64,000 nucleotides of DNA, taken from NCBI GenBank assembly GCA_963816355.1, contig CAWFKH010000005.1:256001-320000 (forward strand), written 5' to 3'. The DNA is from an uncultured Gemmatimonadales bacterium. Its GTDB lineage: Bacteria > Gemmatimonadota > Gemmatimonadetes > Longimicrobiales > RSA9. Below the pieces are notes generated by a model that worked only from the letters and a program-made list of their open reading frames with translations, did no database searches and was not told the DNA's origin. A program made the position numbers and the translations under genes. This document shows, in pieces, positions 10,082-19,548 of this stretch; position 1 is the first letter of the stretch, and every line of letters begins with the position of its first letter.

Positions 10082-10303
10082 CGCGCCTCACGAATCGCAC
10101 CCCGCGCGGCGTGGGTTCCCGGCTCCGACGCCGGCAAGCGCCGGCAGCCGGGCTGGCGTTCGTCGCGCTCGCGAGCGCGGTCGTCGCCGCTCGTCACGCC
10201 GGGGCGACGGACGCCGCGGGGAACCCGGCGGCCTCCCCGCGCGAATAAGGCTCGGGCCGCGATGCGCGCGGCCGCGGAGCGGCTATCGGAAATCGGAGCG
10301 ACG

Positions 10304-12289
10304 ATGACGAGTGCGAGTGCGACGGAGCGCGTGGCGGGCGCGGTGCGGATGACGATCCCCGCGGCGGCGCCACGCCTGGTGGCCGCGGCGGCGCTGGGCC
10401 TGCTCTACCTCTCGGCGGCGCCGCGGATCGTGGCCGCGCAGGCGGCGCCGGTCCAGAACGCCGATTTGTCGATGTTCCGGCGCCTCGACCTGCCGGCGCC
10501 GAACCGCTACCGCTCCGCGTCCGGCATGCCGGGACCGGCGTACTGGCAGCAGCGGGCGAGTTACTCGATCCGCGCGTCGCTCGACACCGTGAAGAAGGCG
10601 GTCTCGGGCGAGGAGACGATCCGCTACGAGAACCACTCGCCGGACACGCTGCGCTTCGTCTGGCTGCAGATCGACCAGAACCTGTACCGCCCGGACAGCT
10701 GGGGCGCGACGCTCTTCCCAGAGGGCGCCCGCTTCGGCGGCGGCGGCTTCTCCGGCGGCATCGACATCGCGCGCGTGAGCGTCGACGGCGCGGCCGCCGA
10801 GCCGCACATCCAGGACACGGACATGCGCGTCGACCTGCCGCGCCCGCTGGCGCCCGGCGACAGCGTCTCGCTGGGCGTCGCGTGGTCGTTCCCGGTACCG
10901 GAGCACGGCTCGGACCGCATGGGGCGCCAGGGCTCGCTCTACGAGGTCGCGCAGTGGTTCCCACGCATGGTCGTCTACGACGACGTCCACGGCTGGAACG
11001 TCGACCCCTACCTTGGCCAGGGCGAGTTCTACCGCGAGTTCGGCGACTACGACGTCGCGGTCACGGTGCCGGCGAGCTACGTCGTCGCCGCGACCGGCAC
11101 GCTGCAGAATCCGCAGCAGGTGCTGACGGCGACGGAGCGTGAGCGGCTCGCGAAGGCGGCGCGAGCGACGTCGCAGGTCGCGATCATCGCCGCCGGCGAG
11201 GCCGGCATGGCGGCGACGCGGCCGGCGACGAGCGGCACCCTCACCTGGCGCTTCCGCGCGCACGACGTGCACGACTTCGCGTGGGCGGCGTCGCCGGCCT
11301 TCCGCTGGGACGCGATGACGAGCAAGCGGGGCGTCCTCTGCCAGTCGTACTACCAGGCGGCCGACACGGCGTGGGCTACCGCCGCCGACATGACGTGCTT
11401 CTCGATCGACGAGTTCTCCGACCGCTGGTTCCCCTTCCCGTGGCCCCAGGCGACGAGCGTCGCCGGGCCGGTCGGCGGCATGGAGTATCCGATGATCGTC
11501 TTCGTGCACGGCGGCGGGCCGAGCCGCGGCGTCTTCGGCACGATCGCGCACGAGCACGGCCACGAGTGGTTCCCCATGATCGTCAGCTCCAACGAGCGCC
11601 GCTACGCGTGGATGGACGAGGGCTTCAACACCTTCATCGACACCTGGCCGAACGACCGCCGCTATCCCGGCACCGACACCAAGGCGCAGTACCTCGCCGC
11701 CTACTTCCGCGGCCTCGAGCAGGGCGAGGACGAGCCGATCATGACGCCCCCCGACCGCATCGACCCGCAGGCGCTCGGCCTCGTCGGCTATCGCAAGCCC
11801 GCGATGGTGCTCCACCTGCTGCGCGACCAGGTGCTCGGGCCGGAGACCTTCGACCTCGCCTTCCGCACCTACGTCCGGCGCTGGGCGTTCAGGCACCCCA
11901 CGCCCGCCGACTTCATGCGCACCATGGAGGACGTCTCCGGGCGCGACCTCGACTGGTTCTTCCGCGAGTGGCTCTTCACCACCGACCAGCTCGACCAGGC
12001 GATCACCGGCGTCGAGCAGAAGCGGCTCCCCGACGGCCGCTGGTCCGTGAGCGTCCAGCTCGAGAGTCAGACGCCGCTCGTCATGCCCGTCGACCTCTCG
12101 CTCACCCTCGCCGGCGGCGCCACCCGGCTGGTTGAGCTGCCCGCGTTCGTCTGGTACCGCGGGCGGCACTACGTCTATACGACGACGCTGCCCGATCGCC
12201 TCGCCGCGGCGACGATCGACGCCGCCGGCGCGTTCCCGGACGTCGACCGCACCGACAACGCCTGGACCGCCGCGGCGGCGGAGCACTGA
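10304..12289 (+). CDS. M1 family zinc metallopeptidase, secreted
   Basis: GGMEYP and HEHGH...WMDEG zinc motifs; signal peptide. Confidence 0.92.
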   Translation: MTSASATERVAGAVRMTIPAAAPRLVAAAALGLLYLSAAPRIVAAQAAPVQNADLSMFRRLDLPAPNRYRSASGMPGPAYWQQRASYSIRASLDTVKKAVSGEETIRYENHSPDTLRFVWLQIDQNLYRPDSWGATLFPEGARFGGGGFSGGIDIARVSVDGAAAEPHIQDTDMRVDLPRPLAPGDSVSLGVAWSFPVPEHGSDRMGRQGSLYEVAQWFPRMVVYDDVHGWNVDPYLGQGEFYREFGDYDVAVTVPASYVVAATGTLQNPQQVLTATERERLAKAARATSQVAIIAAGEAGMAATRPATSGTLTWRFRAHDVHDFAWAASPAFRWDAMTSKRGVLCQSYYQAADTAWATAADMTCFSIDEFSDRWFPFPWPQATSVAGPVGGMEYPMIVFVHGGGPSRGVFGTIAHEHGHEWFPMIVSSNERRYAWMDEGFNTFIDTWPNDRRYPGTDTKAQYLAAYFRGLEQGEDEPIMTPPDRIDPQALGLVGYRKPAMVLHLLRDQVLGPETFDLAFRTYVRRWAFRHPTPADFMRTMEDVSGRDLDWFFREWLFTTDQLDQAITGVEQKRLPDGRWSVSVQLESQTPLVMPVDLSLTLAGGATRLVELPAFVWYRGRHYVYTTTLPDRLAAATIDAAGAFPDVDRTDNAWTAAAAEH

Positions 12290-12333
12290 CCGACGCTCCG
12301 GCGCGCCGGAACCCCCTCCGCCGCGCCGGGCTA

Positions 12334-12363
12334 TTGCAGGGTCCGGCGCGGAAAGGGTATAGT
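12334..12363 (+). promoter_or_regulatory. Putative sigma70 promoter TTGCAG-N18-TATAGT
   Basis: Near-consensus -10 in a GC-rich background, 50 bp upstream of a four-gene operon. An inverted repeat (12321-12329/12343-12351) flanks the -35. Confidence 0.55.
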
Positions 12364-12413
12364 GGGATGGGCGGCTCCCTGCCTCCGCCCGTGTTTCCCA
12401 GCGAGGCAATCCC

Positions 12414-13811
12414 ATGGTCGAAGCAACGCTGCCCGGACCCGCCCAGCCGAGCCCGGCCGACGGGTCGTCGCCCGCCGCTCGCCGCTCCCATCACGGCCCT
12501 GCGCTCCACCGCCTGATCGCCGCGGCCGCTTTGATCACCGCGGCCTGCGCGCCCCGCGCCACGGTGGCGCCGGCGACGGCCGCCGACATCCCGTCGCTGG
12601 AGGCGCAGCTCCGCGGCCGGCCCGGTGCCGTCGCCGTGATGGCGCGTCTCGGCGAGGCGTACCGTGCGGCGGGTCGCGAGGAGGACGCGCGCAAGGTGCT
12701 GGAGGAGGCGGTGCGCATCGACTCCACGAGCGCGCCTGCCGTCTTCTTCCTCGGCCTCACGTACGAGGATCTGAGCCGCTACGAGGACGCGGGCCGCCTC
12801 TACGCGCGCTTCGTCGAACTGGGCGGCGCGGGTCCATTGCGTGACGACATCGCGGCGCGCGTCCCCCTGGTCCACCGGCGCGCGCTGGACGCGGCGGTAC
12901 GCCTGGCGCTGGCGGACGAGGCGCGGCTCCGCTCGACGCCGCCACAGCCACGCACGATCGCCGTGTTCCCCTTCCGCTACGTCGGCACCGACGCGGCGCT
13001 GGAGCCGCTGGGCCGCGCGCTGGCCGAGATGCTGGTGACCGACCTTGCGACGACGCAGCGGCTGCGCGTCCTCGAGCGGCTGCGCGTGCAACTGCTGCTG
13101 GACGAGATCGCGCTGGGACAGGGCGGCCGCCTCGATTCGGCGACCGCGCCACGCGCCGGGTTCCTGCTCGGCGCCGGCCACGTCGTGCGCGGACAGATCG
13201 CGGGCGGTGAGCAGAGCCTCACCTTCTCCGCGGCGGTCGTCCCCGTGGGCGGAGGGCGGGCGCCGCCGGTGCTCGGCGAGCGCGACGCCGCGCGCCGTTT
13301 CTTCGCCGCCGAGGAGCGCATCGCGCTCGGCATCTTCGAGCGGCTCGGCGTGCAACTCACGCCCGCCGAGCGCGAGCGGATCGCCCATCGTCCCACGGAG
13401 AATCTGCAGGCGATCCTCGCCTACGGCCTCGGCCTGGAGGCGGAGGACCGCGGCGACTTCGACGAGGCCGCACGGCAGTTCCGCCGGGCGGTGCAACTCG
13501 ACCCCGGCTTCGAGGACGCCCGCCGCCGGGCCGCTGCCTCGGACCAGCTCGGCGCCGCGTCCTCGACCGACATCGGCGCGCTCGCGCTGCGCGGCGACTC
13601 CCGCTTCTTTTCCGGCGGCGGCCCCGGGGCGGGGGCGGCCGGCGGGCCCGGCGCCGCGACGCTCGACTGGTGGTCGCGGCGGATCGCTTTCGACGACGTC
13701 GAGCGGCTCCTCCCGGCCGGCCTCGAGCGCGATCCCGCCGTCGAGCTGCTCGGCGTCGAGGGGCTCGCCACGACGCGCGCTCTGATCCAGATCATCCTGA
13801 GGCGGCCGTGA
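12414..13811 (+). CDS. TPR + CsgG/HfaB (TolB-N-like) domain lipoprotein
   Basis: Lipobox TAAC, TPR helices and a CsgG-like core (TIAVFPF...MLVTDL...LRVLERLRV...LLGAGHVV). Confidence 0.75.
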   Translation: MVEATLPGPAQPSPADGSSPAARRSHHGPALHRLIAAAALITAACAPRATVAPATAADIPSLEAQLRGRPGAVAVMARLGEAYRAAGREEDARKVLEEAVRIDSTSAPAVFFLGLTYEDLSRYEDAGRLYARFVELGGAGPLRDDIAARVPLVHRRALDAAVRLALADEARLRSTPPQPRTIAVFPFRYVGTDAALEPLGRALAEMLVTDLATTQRLRVLERLRVQLLLDEIALGQGGRLDSATAPRAGFLLGAGHVVRGQIAGGEQSLTFSAAVVPVGGGRAPPVLGERDAARRFFAAEERIALGIFERLGVQLTPAERERIAHRPTENLQAILAYGLGLEAEDRGDFDEAARQFRRAVQLDPGFEDARRRAAASDQLGAASSTDIGALALRGDSRFFSGGGPGAGAAGGPGAATLDWWSRRIAFDDVERLLPAGLERDPAVELLGVEGLATTRALIQIILRRP

Positions 13812-14971
13812 GCGGCGGACGGAGGGGCCGGGGCGCGGCCGCGCTGCTCGCCGCCGCGGCCCTGTTCACGGCGCCCGCGGCCGGCGCGGCGCAGGCGGCC
13901 GGCGGCGCGGCGCCCGCCGCCGGCGGCGCGGCGGGCGGCGGCGCGAGCCTCGGGGCGCTCTTCGAGCTGTACTCCTTCTCCGACGCGGCCGCGGCGGGCA
14001 TCGACCGCCTGTCGCTCTTCACGGTGCCGGTGGCGGCGCGGGTGCAGGCGTCGCCGCGTATCGCGCTGCGGCTGGACGGCGCCTTTGCGAGCGGCTCGCT
14101 GAAGCGGCCGGACGGCACGAGCACGACGATCTCCGGCCTCACCGACACGCGGCTTTCGGCGTCGACGACGCTCGGCCGCGACGCCGTCGTCGTGACCGGC
14201 CTCGTCGTCCTTCCGACGGGCATGAAGAGCCTGACCGGCGAGCAGTACGCGCTCGCGGGCGCGGTGGCCGCGGACCTGCTCCCGTTCGCGGTGACGCACT
14301 GGGGCAGCGGCGGCGGCGCCGGAGGCAGCGTCGCGCTCGCGCGGCCGCTGGGCGACTTCGGCGTGGGCGCGAGCGTCGGCTACGTCGTCGCGTTCCAGTA
14401 CGAGCCGCTCGACGGCCAGAGTGCGAGCTACCAGCCGGGCGATGCGCTGCGCGTCAACGCCGCGATCGACCACTCCGTCGGCTACGGCAAGGGCTCGCTG
14501 CGGCTCAGCTACGAACGCTTCAGTGACGACGCCTTCGACGGCCAGAACCTCTTCCGCTCCGGTGACCGCCTCGAGGTCCTCGCCTCCTACGCGTTCCCCT
14601 TCGCGGCGCGCTCCAGCGGCATCGTCTACGGCGGCGCGCTGCACCGGCAGAAGGGCAGCTACCTGCAGGACCTGACGCGATCCCCCTCGCGCAACCTGCT
14701 CGTGGTGGGCGGCGGCGCGCGTCTGCCCTCGGGGCGGGCCACCTTCGTGCCCACCGCGCAGTTGCGCGTGCTCGCCCGCTCCGACGGCCTCGGCCAGGGC
14801 TACACCGCCTCCGTCGGCGCGTCGATCGAGTGGGCGCTCCAGAGGGCGACGTTGGCGCCGCAGGTGCAGGCGCGCTTCGGCAGCGTCGACGTCAGCGCCG
14901 GCAACACGAGCGGCTTCGCCGGGTTCGCGCTGGGCGGCGCGATCCGCTTCGGTGAAGGGGGGCGGCGATGA
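13808..14971 (+). CDS. Putative outer-membrane beta-barrel protein
   Basis: GTGA-coupled start, signal peptide, alternating amphipathic strands and an aromatic residue near the C-terminus (GAIRF). Confidence 0.65.
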   Translation: MSGGRRGRGAAALLAAAALFTAPAAGAAQAAGGAAPAAGGAAGGGASLGALFELYSFSDAAAAGIDRLSLFTVPVAARVQASPRIALRLDGAFASGSLKRPDGTSTTISGLTDTRLSASTTLGRDAVVVTGLVVLPTGMKSLTGEQYALAGAVAADLLPFAVTHWGSGGGAGGSVALARPLGDFGVGASVGYVVAFQYEPLDGQSASYQPGDALRVNAAIDHSVGYGKGSLRLSYERFSDDAFDGQNLFRSGDRLEVLASYAFPFAARSSGIVYGGALHRQKGSYLQDLTRSPSRNLLVVGGGARLPSGRATFVPTAQLRVLARSDGLGQGYTASVGASIEWALQRATLAPQVQARFGSVDVSAGNTSGFAGFALGGAIRFGEGGRR

Positions 14972-16491
14972 GGGGCGGCGCCACGCGATTCCTCGCGACG
15001 TGCGCAGCCGTCTGCGTCGCGCTCGCCGCGTCCGCGTGCGGGGACCTCTTCTTCCGGCCGGCGGAGCGCGGGCCCGCGGACGTGCGCATCTCCTACGCGT
15101 TCGCGGCGCCGCCGGACGGCGTGGAAGGCGGTCCGGCCGAGGCGTTCGCGGCCGCGGACGCGATCACCGTTCGCGTCACGTCTCAGAGTGGCGGCGTGCT
15201 GTACGACGAGACGCTGCCGCTGAGCGGCGACCAGTCCGAAGTCGCGGTGAACGTCGACGTGGGAGACGGCGGAGCGCTGACGGTCGACGTCGTCGTCCTG
15301 GCGGAGGGCCGGCCGCTCTTCGCCGGCTCCGGGAGTCTCACGGTGCGCCCCGGCGAGACGGGCGGCACGACGATCACGCTGAGCCCCATCGCGGCCGGCG
15401 TCGCGATCGACGCTCCCGGCGACGTCGCCGCCTACGAGGAGCCGGTCCAGCTCCACGCGACGGCGGTCTTCGCGACCGGGGACAGCATTCCCGGGTCGAG
15501 CGTCGCGTGGAGCAGCCTGGATCCGCAGGTCGCGACCGTGAGCGAGGCGGGCGTGCTCGTCGCGCACGCGGACGGAACCGCGCGCATCGTCGCACGCGCG
15601 GTGGTCGCCGGCACGCCCACGGGCGCGGCCGACACCGCCTCGGTGCGGGTGCACGCGGAGGTCGCCACGGTGACGGTCGCGCCGGCGAGCGCGCGCCTGG
15701 CGGTGGGCGGGACGCAGGCGTTCGCCGTTACGCCGGAGGACCGCAACGGCAACCCGATCGTCGGCCGCGCCGCCGTCTGGACGGTGGACGACGCGGCGGT
15801 GGCCTCCGTGGACGCGCAGGGCGTCGCCCGCGCCGTGCGGCCGGGCGCCACGGTGGTCCACGCGACGGTCGACGCGAAGACGGGCGACGCGAGCCTCGCC
15901 GTCGTGCAGGCGCCGATCGTCGCGACGCTCGCGCCGACCGGCTTCGGGCCCGAGACGGCGACGTTCCTGGGTACCGTCACGCCGTTCGACGGTCCGGTGG
16001 AGGCGTGGTTCGAGTGGGGCTTCGGAACGGCGCTCGACCGGTCGACGCAGCACCAGCCGATTCCGCCCGGCGCCGCCCCCGTCCCCTTCTCGCAGATGGT
16101 TTCGCCGGGCGAGGGGTTCACCTACTCGGTGCGCGCGGTGGCCGCCAACGGCGGCGTCGTCGTCGCGGGCCAGACGATCACGTTCACCGAGCCGTACACG
16201 CTTCCTCCGGCTCCGGTGCTCGACGGGACGCTCGAGCGCGACATCGACGGCATCCCGGTGCAGGCGGACCTCACGTGGACCACCACCGGCGACAACGCGA
16301 CCGAGTTCCGCATCGAGCGCAAGCTCAGCTTCGAGAACGTCTTCTCGCTCATCGCGGTCGTGGGGAGCGACGTCCGCAGCTATCAGGAAAAGGTGGCCAA
16401 CCTCGATTCGTCGACGTTCCTCTACCGCATCACCGCCTGCAACCCGGCGGGCTGCTCGGACTTCTCGAACGTGGTCACGCTCGGCCCGTGA
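14968..16491 (+). CDS. Ig-like (Big_2 x2) and fibronectin-III domain lipoprotein
   Basis: Lipobox ASAC, WSSLDPQVATVS..G and WTVDDAAVASVD..G repeats, FN3-like LTW...YRITACN. Confidence 0.8.
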   Translation: MRGGATRFLATCAAVCVALAASACGDLFFRPAERGPADVRISYAFAAPPDGVEGGPAEAFAAADAITVRVTSQSGGVLYDETLPLSGDQSEVAVNVDVGDGGALTVDVVVLAEGRPLFAGSGSLTVRPGETGGTTITLSPIAAGVAIDAPGDVAAYEEPVQLHATAVFATGDSIPGSSVAWSSLDPQVATVSEAGVLVAHADGTARIVARAVVAGTPTGAADTASVRVHAEVATVTVAPASARLAVGGTQAFAVTPEDRNGNPIVGRAAVWTVDDAAVASVDAQGVARAVRPGATVVHATVDAKTGDASLAVVQAPIVATLAPTGFGPETATFLGTVTPFDGPVEAWFEWGFGTALDRSTQHQPIPPGAAPVPFSQMVSPGEGFTYSVRAVAANGGVVVAGQTITFTEPYTLPPAPVLDGTLERDIDGIPVQADLTWTTTGDNATEFRIERKLSFENVFSLIAVVGSDVRSYQEKVANLDSSTFLYRITACNPAGCSDFSNVVTLGP

Positions 16492-16517
16492 GAACCTCTG
16501 GATCCGGAGTCGAAACC

Positions 16518-17246
16518 ATGGCAGTCGCACGATCGCTGCGCGCCTCGGGCGCGATCCTCCTCCTTCTCGCCGCCGCGTTCGTGGCGACGCCCGCCCTCGC
16601 GCGCGCGCAGCAGGCGACGCCGGATACGCGGCCGGGAATCGCCGTGCTCCCGTTCGACTACGGCGGGTCGTACGGAAAGGAGAAGGAGGACTTCGATGCG
16701 CTGAAGGTCGGGTTGCAGCAGATGCTGCTGACGGAGCTGGCGCAGAACGACTCGCTGCGCATCGTCGAGCGAACGAAGCTGCGCGACCTGATGCAGGAGC
16801 AGGACCTGGGATCGTCGGGCCGCGTCGACGCCGAGACGGCGGCGCGCATCGGCAAGCTCGTCGGCGCACGCTACGTGGTGACCGGCTCCTTCACGGACCT
16901 GTTCGGCGAGGTCCGCATGGACGCGCGGATCGTGGACGGCGAGACCAGCGAGGTGCTGAAGACGGAGAGCGTGCGCGACAAGCGAGAGAAGATGTACGAC
17001 ATGCTGGTGCGACTCGCGTCGCAGGTTACGGCCGGCGTCGACCTGCCGCCGCTCGCCGTCGCCAAGCGGCAGGCGCGCCAGAAGCGGGAGATCCCCGCCG
17101 AAGCGGTGACCCTCTACTCGCGCGCGCAGGTCTTCCAGGACGGGGGCCAGAAGGAGCAGGCGATCGAGCTGTATCGCCGCATCGTCGACCGCTTCCCGCA
17201 GATGACCGAAGCGAAGGCGGCGCTGCGCCAGCTCACCGCGGGCTGA
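16518..17246 (+). CDS. CsgG/HfaB (TolB-N-like) domain periplasmic protein with C-terminal TPR
   Basis: Signal peptide; IAVLPF...IVERTKL...EQDL...VDAETAARIGKLVGARYVV...DARIVDGETSEV. Confidence 0.8.
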   Translation: MAVARSLRASGAILLLLAAAFVATPALARAQQATPDTRPGIAVLPFDYGGSYGKEKEDFDALKVGLQQMLLTELAQNDSLRIVERTKLRDLMQEQDLGSSGRVDAETAARIGKLVGARYVVTGSFTDLFGEVRMDARIVDGETSEVLKTESVRDKREKMYDMLVRLASQVTAGVDLPPLAVAKRQARQKREIPAEAVTLYSRAQVFQDGGQKEQAIELYRRIVDRFPQMTEAKAALRQLTAG

Positions 17247-18609
17247 GCCGCTCGCGCGGGAGGGCGGCGAGCAGACGCTCGGCGGCCGAAGCGGAAACGG
17301 CGAGCACGACGCGCTCGCCGCCTTCCATCCTCCCGCCGAACAGGATCCCCACCACGGCACCGTCGCGGTCGAAGATCGGGCTGCCGCTCGCGCCGCGCTC
17401 GCCATAGCCGTAGAACTCGAGGCGGTCGGCGGTGTGCGCCGCCAGCACGCCGGCGGTGACGAGCGGTCGCGGCGCCGCGCGCGAGCCGGACGAGCCGGAC
17501 GCCGCGTCGCCGCCGAGCGGGAAGCCGATCATCGCCACCGGTGAGCCGGAGGCGAGGGTGTCGGGCCTGGCGTTCACCGCGCGCACCGTGGGAACGTCGC
17601 CGACGATGCCTTCCGCCTGCACGGCGGCGAGGTCGGCGTCACGGGCGGTGGCGACGAGGTGAGCGGACCAGACCTGGTCCGAGCCGGCGAACTGGATCGC
17701 GATGCGACGCGGCCGCCGCTCGCCGTCGGCGCCCGCGACCACGTGGCGGTTGGTCAGGAGCAGCGCGTCCGCGCGCACCGCGAACGCCGTCCCCGTATCC
17801 ACTTCCCCGTCCTCCAGCTCGACGTAGATGACCGCGACTGCGGGGCGGTTCGCCGCGCCGATCGCGTCGAAGTCGAGCGACGCGGCGAGCTGCTGCCGCG
17901 TGAGTGCGGTCGTGGCCGACTGCAGTCGCCGCTGCAGCTCCGCCACGCGCGAGCCGTCGCCGGAGCGGGCGCGCTCCAGCTCCGCGGCCAGATTCCCCAC
18001 TCGCTCCCGCGAGGCTTCCAGGACCTGCTGGAGTCCGGCCGCCTCCCCACGCAGCCGTCGCAGCGCGGCCGCGCTCGCGGCGAGCGCGCTGTCCGTGCGC
18101 GCCTCCACGCGTGCGCGCTGGCGCGCGCCGCGCCGGGTGGCGATCCCGGTGTAGACGAGCGCGGTGGTCGCGATGGCGAGGAGCAGGGCGAGCGCAGCCG
18201 CGGCGCGTCGCCAGCGGCGCGCCTGGCGCACGACTTCCAGCCGGATCCGCTCCGTGGGGCGCGGCGACGGCGTGAAGGGCGGCGCCGCGGAGGCCGGCGC
18301 CGCGGAGAGGGAGCACGCCGCGATCGGGCCGCCCGCGCCGAGCTGCACCTCGTCGCCGTCGCGGAGCGCCACATCGCCCTCGACCGGCCGGCCGTTGACG
18401 AAGGTCCCGTTGCGGCTGCCGAGGTCGCGCAGGACCCAGCCGTCGCCGGAGCGCCGCAGCTCGGCGTGGAGGCCGGAGACGGCGAGGTCGCGCTGCGGAT
18501 CGAGCTGCAGATCCGCGTCCGCGCGGCGACCGATCGTGACGCGGTCGCCCGCGAAATCGCGGACCAGGCCCGCTCGCCCGCCGGTGCGGAGGCTGATCCG
18601 GAGATTCAT
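17233..18609 (-). CDS. FHA - TM - coiled coil - trypsin-like (S1) serine protease
   Basis: FHA motifs IGR, VSGLHA, DLGSRNGTFVNG; one TM; catalytic triad LTNRHVV / DADLA / GASGSP. Confidence 0.85.
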   Translation of the reverse strand: MNLRISLRTGGRAGLVRDFAGDRVTIGRRADADLQLDPQRDLAVSGLHAELRRSGDGWVLRDLGSRNGTFVNGRPVEGDVALRDGDEVQLGAGGPIAACSLSAAPASAAPPFTPSPRPTERIRLEVVRQARRWRRAAAALALLLAIATTALVYTGIATRRGARQRARVEARTDSALAASAAALRRLRGEAAGLQQVLEASRERVGNLAAELERARSGDGSRVAELQRRLQSATTALTRQQLAASLDFDAIGAANRPAVAVIYVELEDGEVDTGTAFAVRADALLLTNRHVVAGADGERRPRRIAIQFAGSDQVWSAHLVATARDADLAAVQAEGIVGDVPTVRAVNARPDTLASGSPVAMIGFPLGGDAASGSSGSRAAPRPLVTAGVLAAHTADRLEFYGYGERGASGSPIFDRDGAVVGILFGGRMEGGERVVLAVSASAAERLLAALPRERLSPR

Positions 18610-18621
18610 CGCGGAGGCGGC

Positions 18622-19548
18622 TCAGGGAGCCGAAGGCGGCAGCTCGTAGAGCCTGTGGCGGACGTCGTCGTCGGGACGCGCGGGCGGCAGGCCCTCTCCG
18701 TCCAGGCGTGCGACGACCGCGGTGATGTTGTCGAAGCCGCCGCGCTCATTGGCGAGCTCGACCAGGCGCCGCGCCGCGGCGTCCGGCTCCGCCGCCGCCA
18801 CCGCCGCCGCGATCTCGGCCGGGCGAACGAGGCCGGAGAGGCCGTCGGAGCAGAGGACGATCGCGTCGCCGCGGCGCAGCGGCTGATGGGTGAGGACGAC
18901 GTCGATCTCGTCCTTCGTCCCGAGCGCCTGAAGCACGAGGTTGCGGATCGCCGCGCGTTCGGCCTGCTCGGGGGTCATGTGTCCCTCGTCGACGAGCTGC
19001 TGCACGACCGACTGGTCGCGCGTGAGCTGGACGGCGACGCCGTCGCGCACGAGGTAGGCGCGCGAATCGCCGACCTGGGCGAGGTAGAGCCGGTCGCCGA
19101 AGAGCCCGGCGACCGTCGCAGTGGTGGCCATGCCCCCGAACTCCGGCTGCTCCCGCGTGCGCTCGACGATGCGGGCGTTGGCCTCCTCGACCGCGTCGCG
19201 GAGGTGGGTGGCGAAGCGCTCGGCCGAGGGCGCATCCTCCGCCATCCAGGTGCGGGCGAGGTGCTCGCCGATGTAGTTCGCCGCCAGCGCGCTCGCGACG
19301 CCGCCGGCCACGCCGCCGCCCACGCCGTCGGCGACGATGAGCAGCGCGCCCCGCTCACCCAGCCGAAAGCGGCCGGAGCCCACGTCGGGTGGCGGCTCCA
19401 CGTTCGAGTCGAGGCGGTAGCCCGCGCCGCCGCGGGAGAGGTTCGCGACCAGGAAGCTGTCCTGGTTTTCCGCCCGCTTCATCCCTCGGTCGCTGCGGCC
19501 GAAGACCGCGACGTCGATGGCGGGACTCGCTACGGCGTCCTCGTTCAT
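18622..19548 (-). CDS. PP2C-type Ser/Thr phosphatase (Stp1/PppA-like)
   Basis: RAENQD, VADGVGG, GMATT, VGDSRAY, LCSDGL and GGFDNIT motifs. Confidence 0.95.
   Translation of the reverse strand: MNEDAVASPAIDVAVFGRSDRGMKRAENQDSFLVANLSRGGAGYRLDSNVEPPPDVGSGRFRLGERGALLIVADGVGGGVAGGVASALAANYIGEHLARTWMAEDAPSAERFATHLRDAVEEANARIVERTREQPEFGGMATTATVAGLFGDRLYLAQVGDSRAYLVRDGVAVQLTRDQSVVQQLVDEGHMTPEQAERAAIRNLVLQALGTKDEIDVVLTHQPLRRGDAIVLCSDGLSGLVRPAEIAAAVAAAEPDAAARRLVELANERGGFDNITAVVARLDGEGLPPARPDDDVRHRLYELPPSAP

Noticed and set aside
8849..10303. Apparent 1146-aa M1 peptidase with a long N-terminal extension
   Set aside because: The extension is mostly antisense to the sulfotransferase-like gene; the signal peptide follows ATG 10304.
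12414..17246. Curli biogenesis operon
   Set aside because: Only CsgG-like domains are present; no csgA/B/E/F-like genes.
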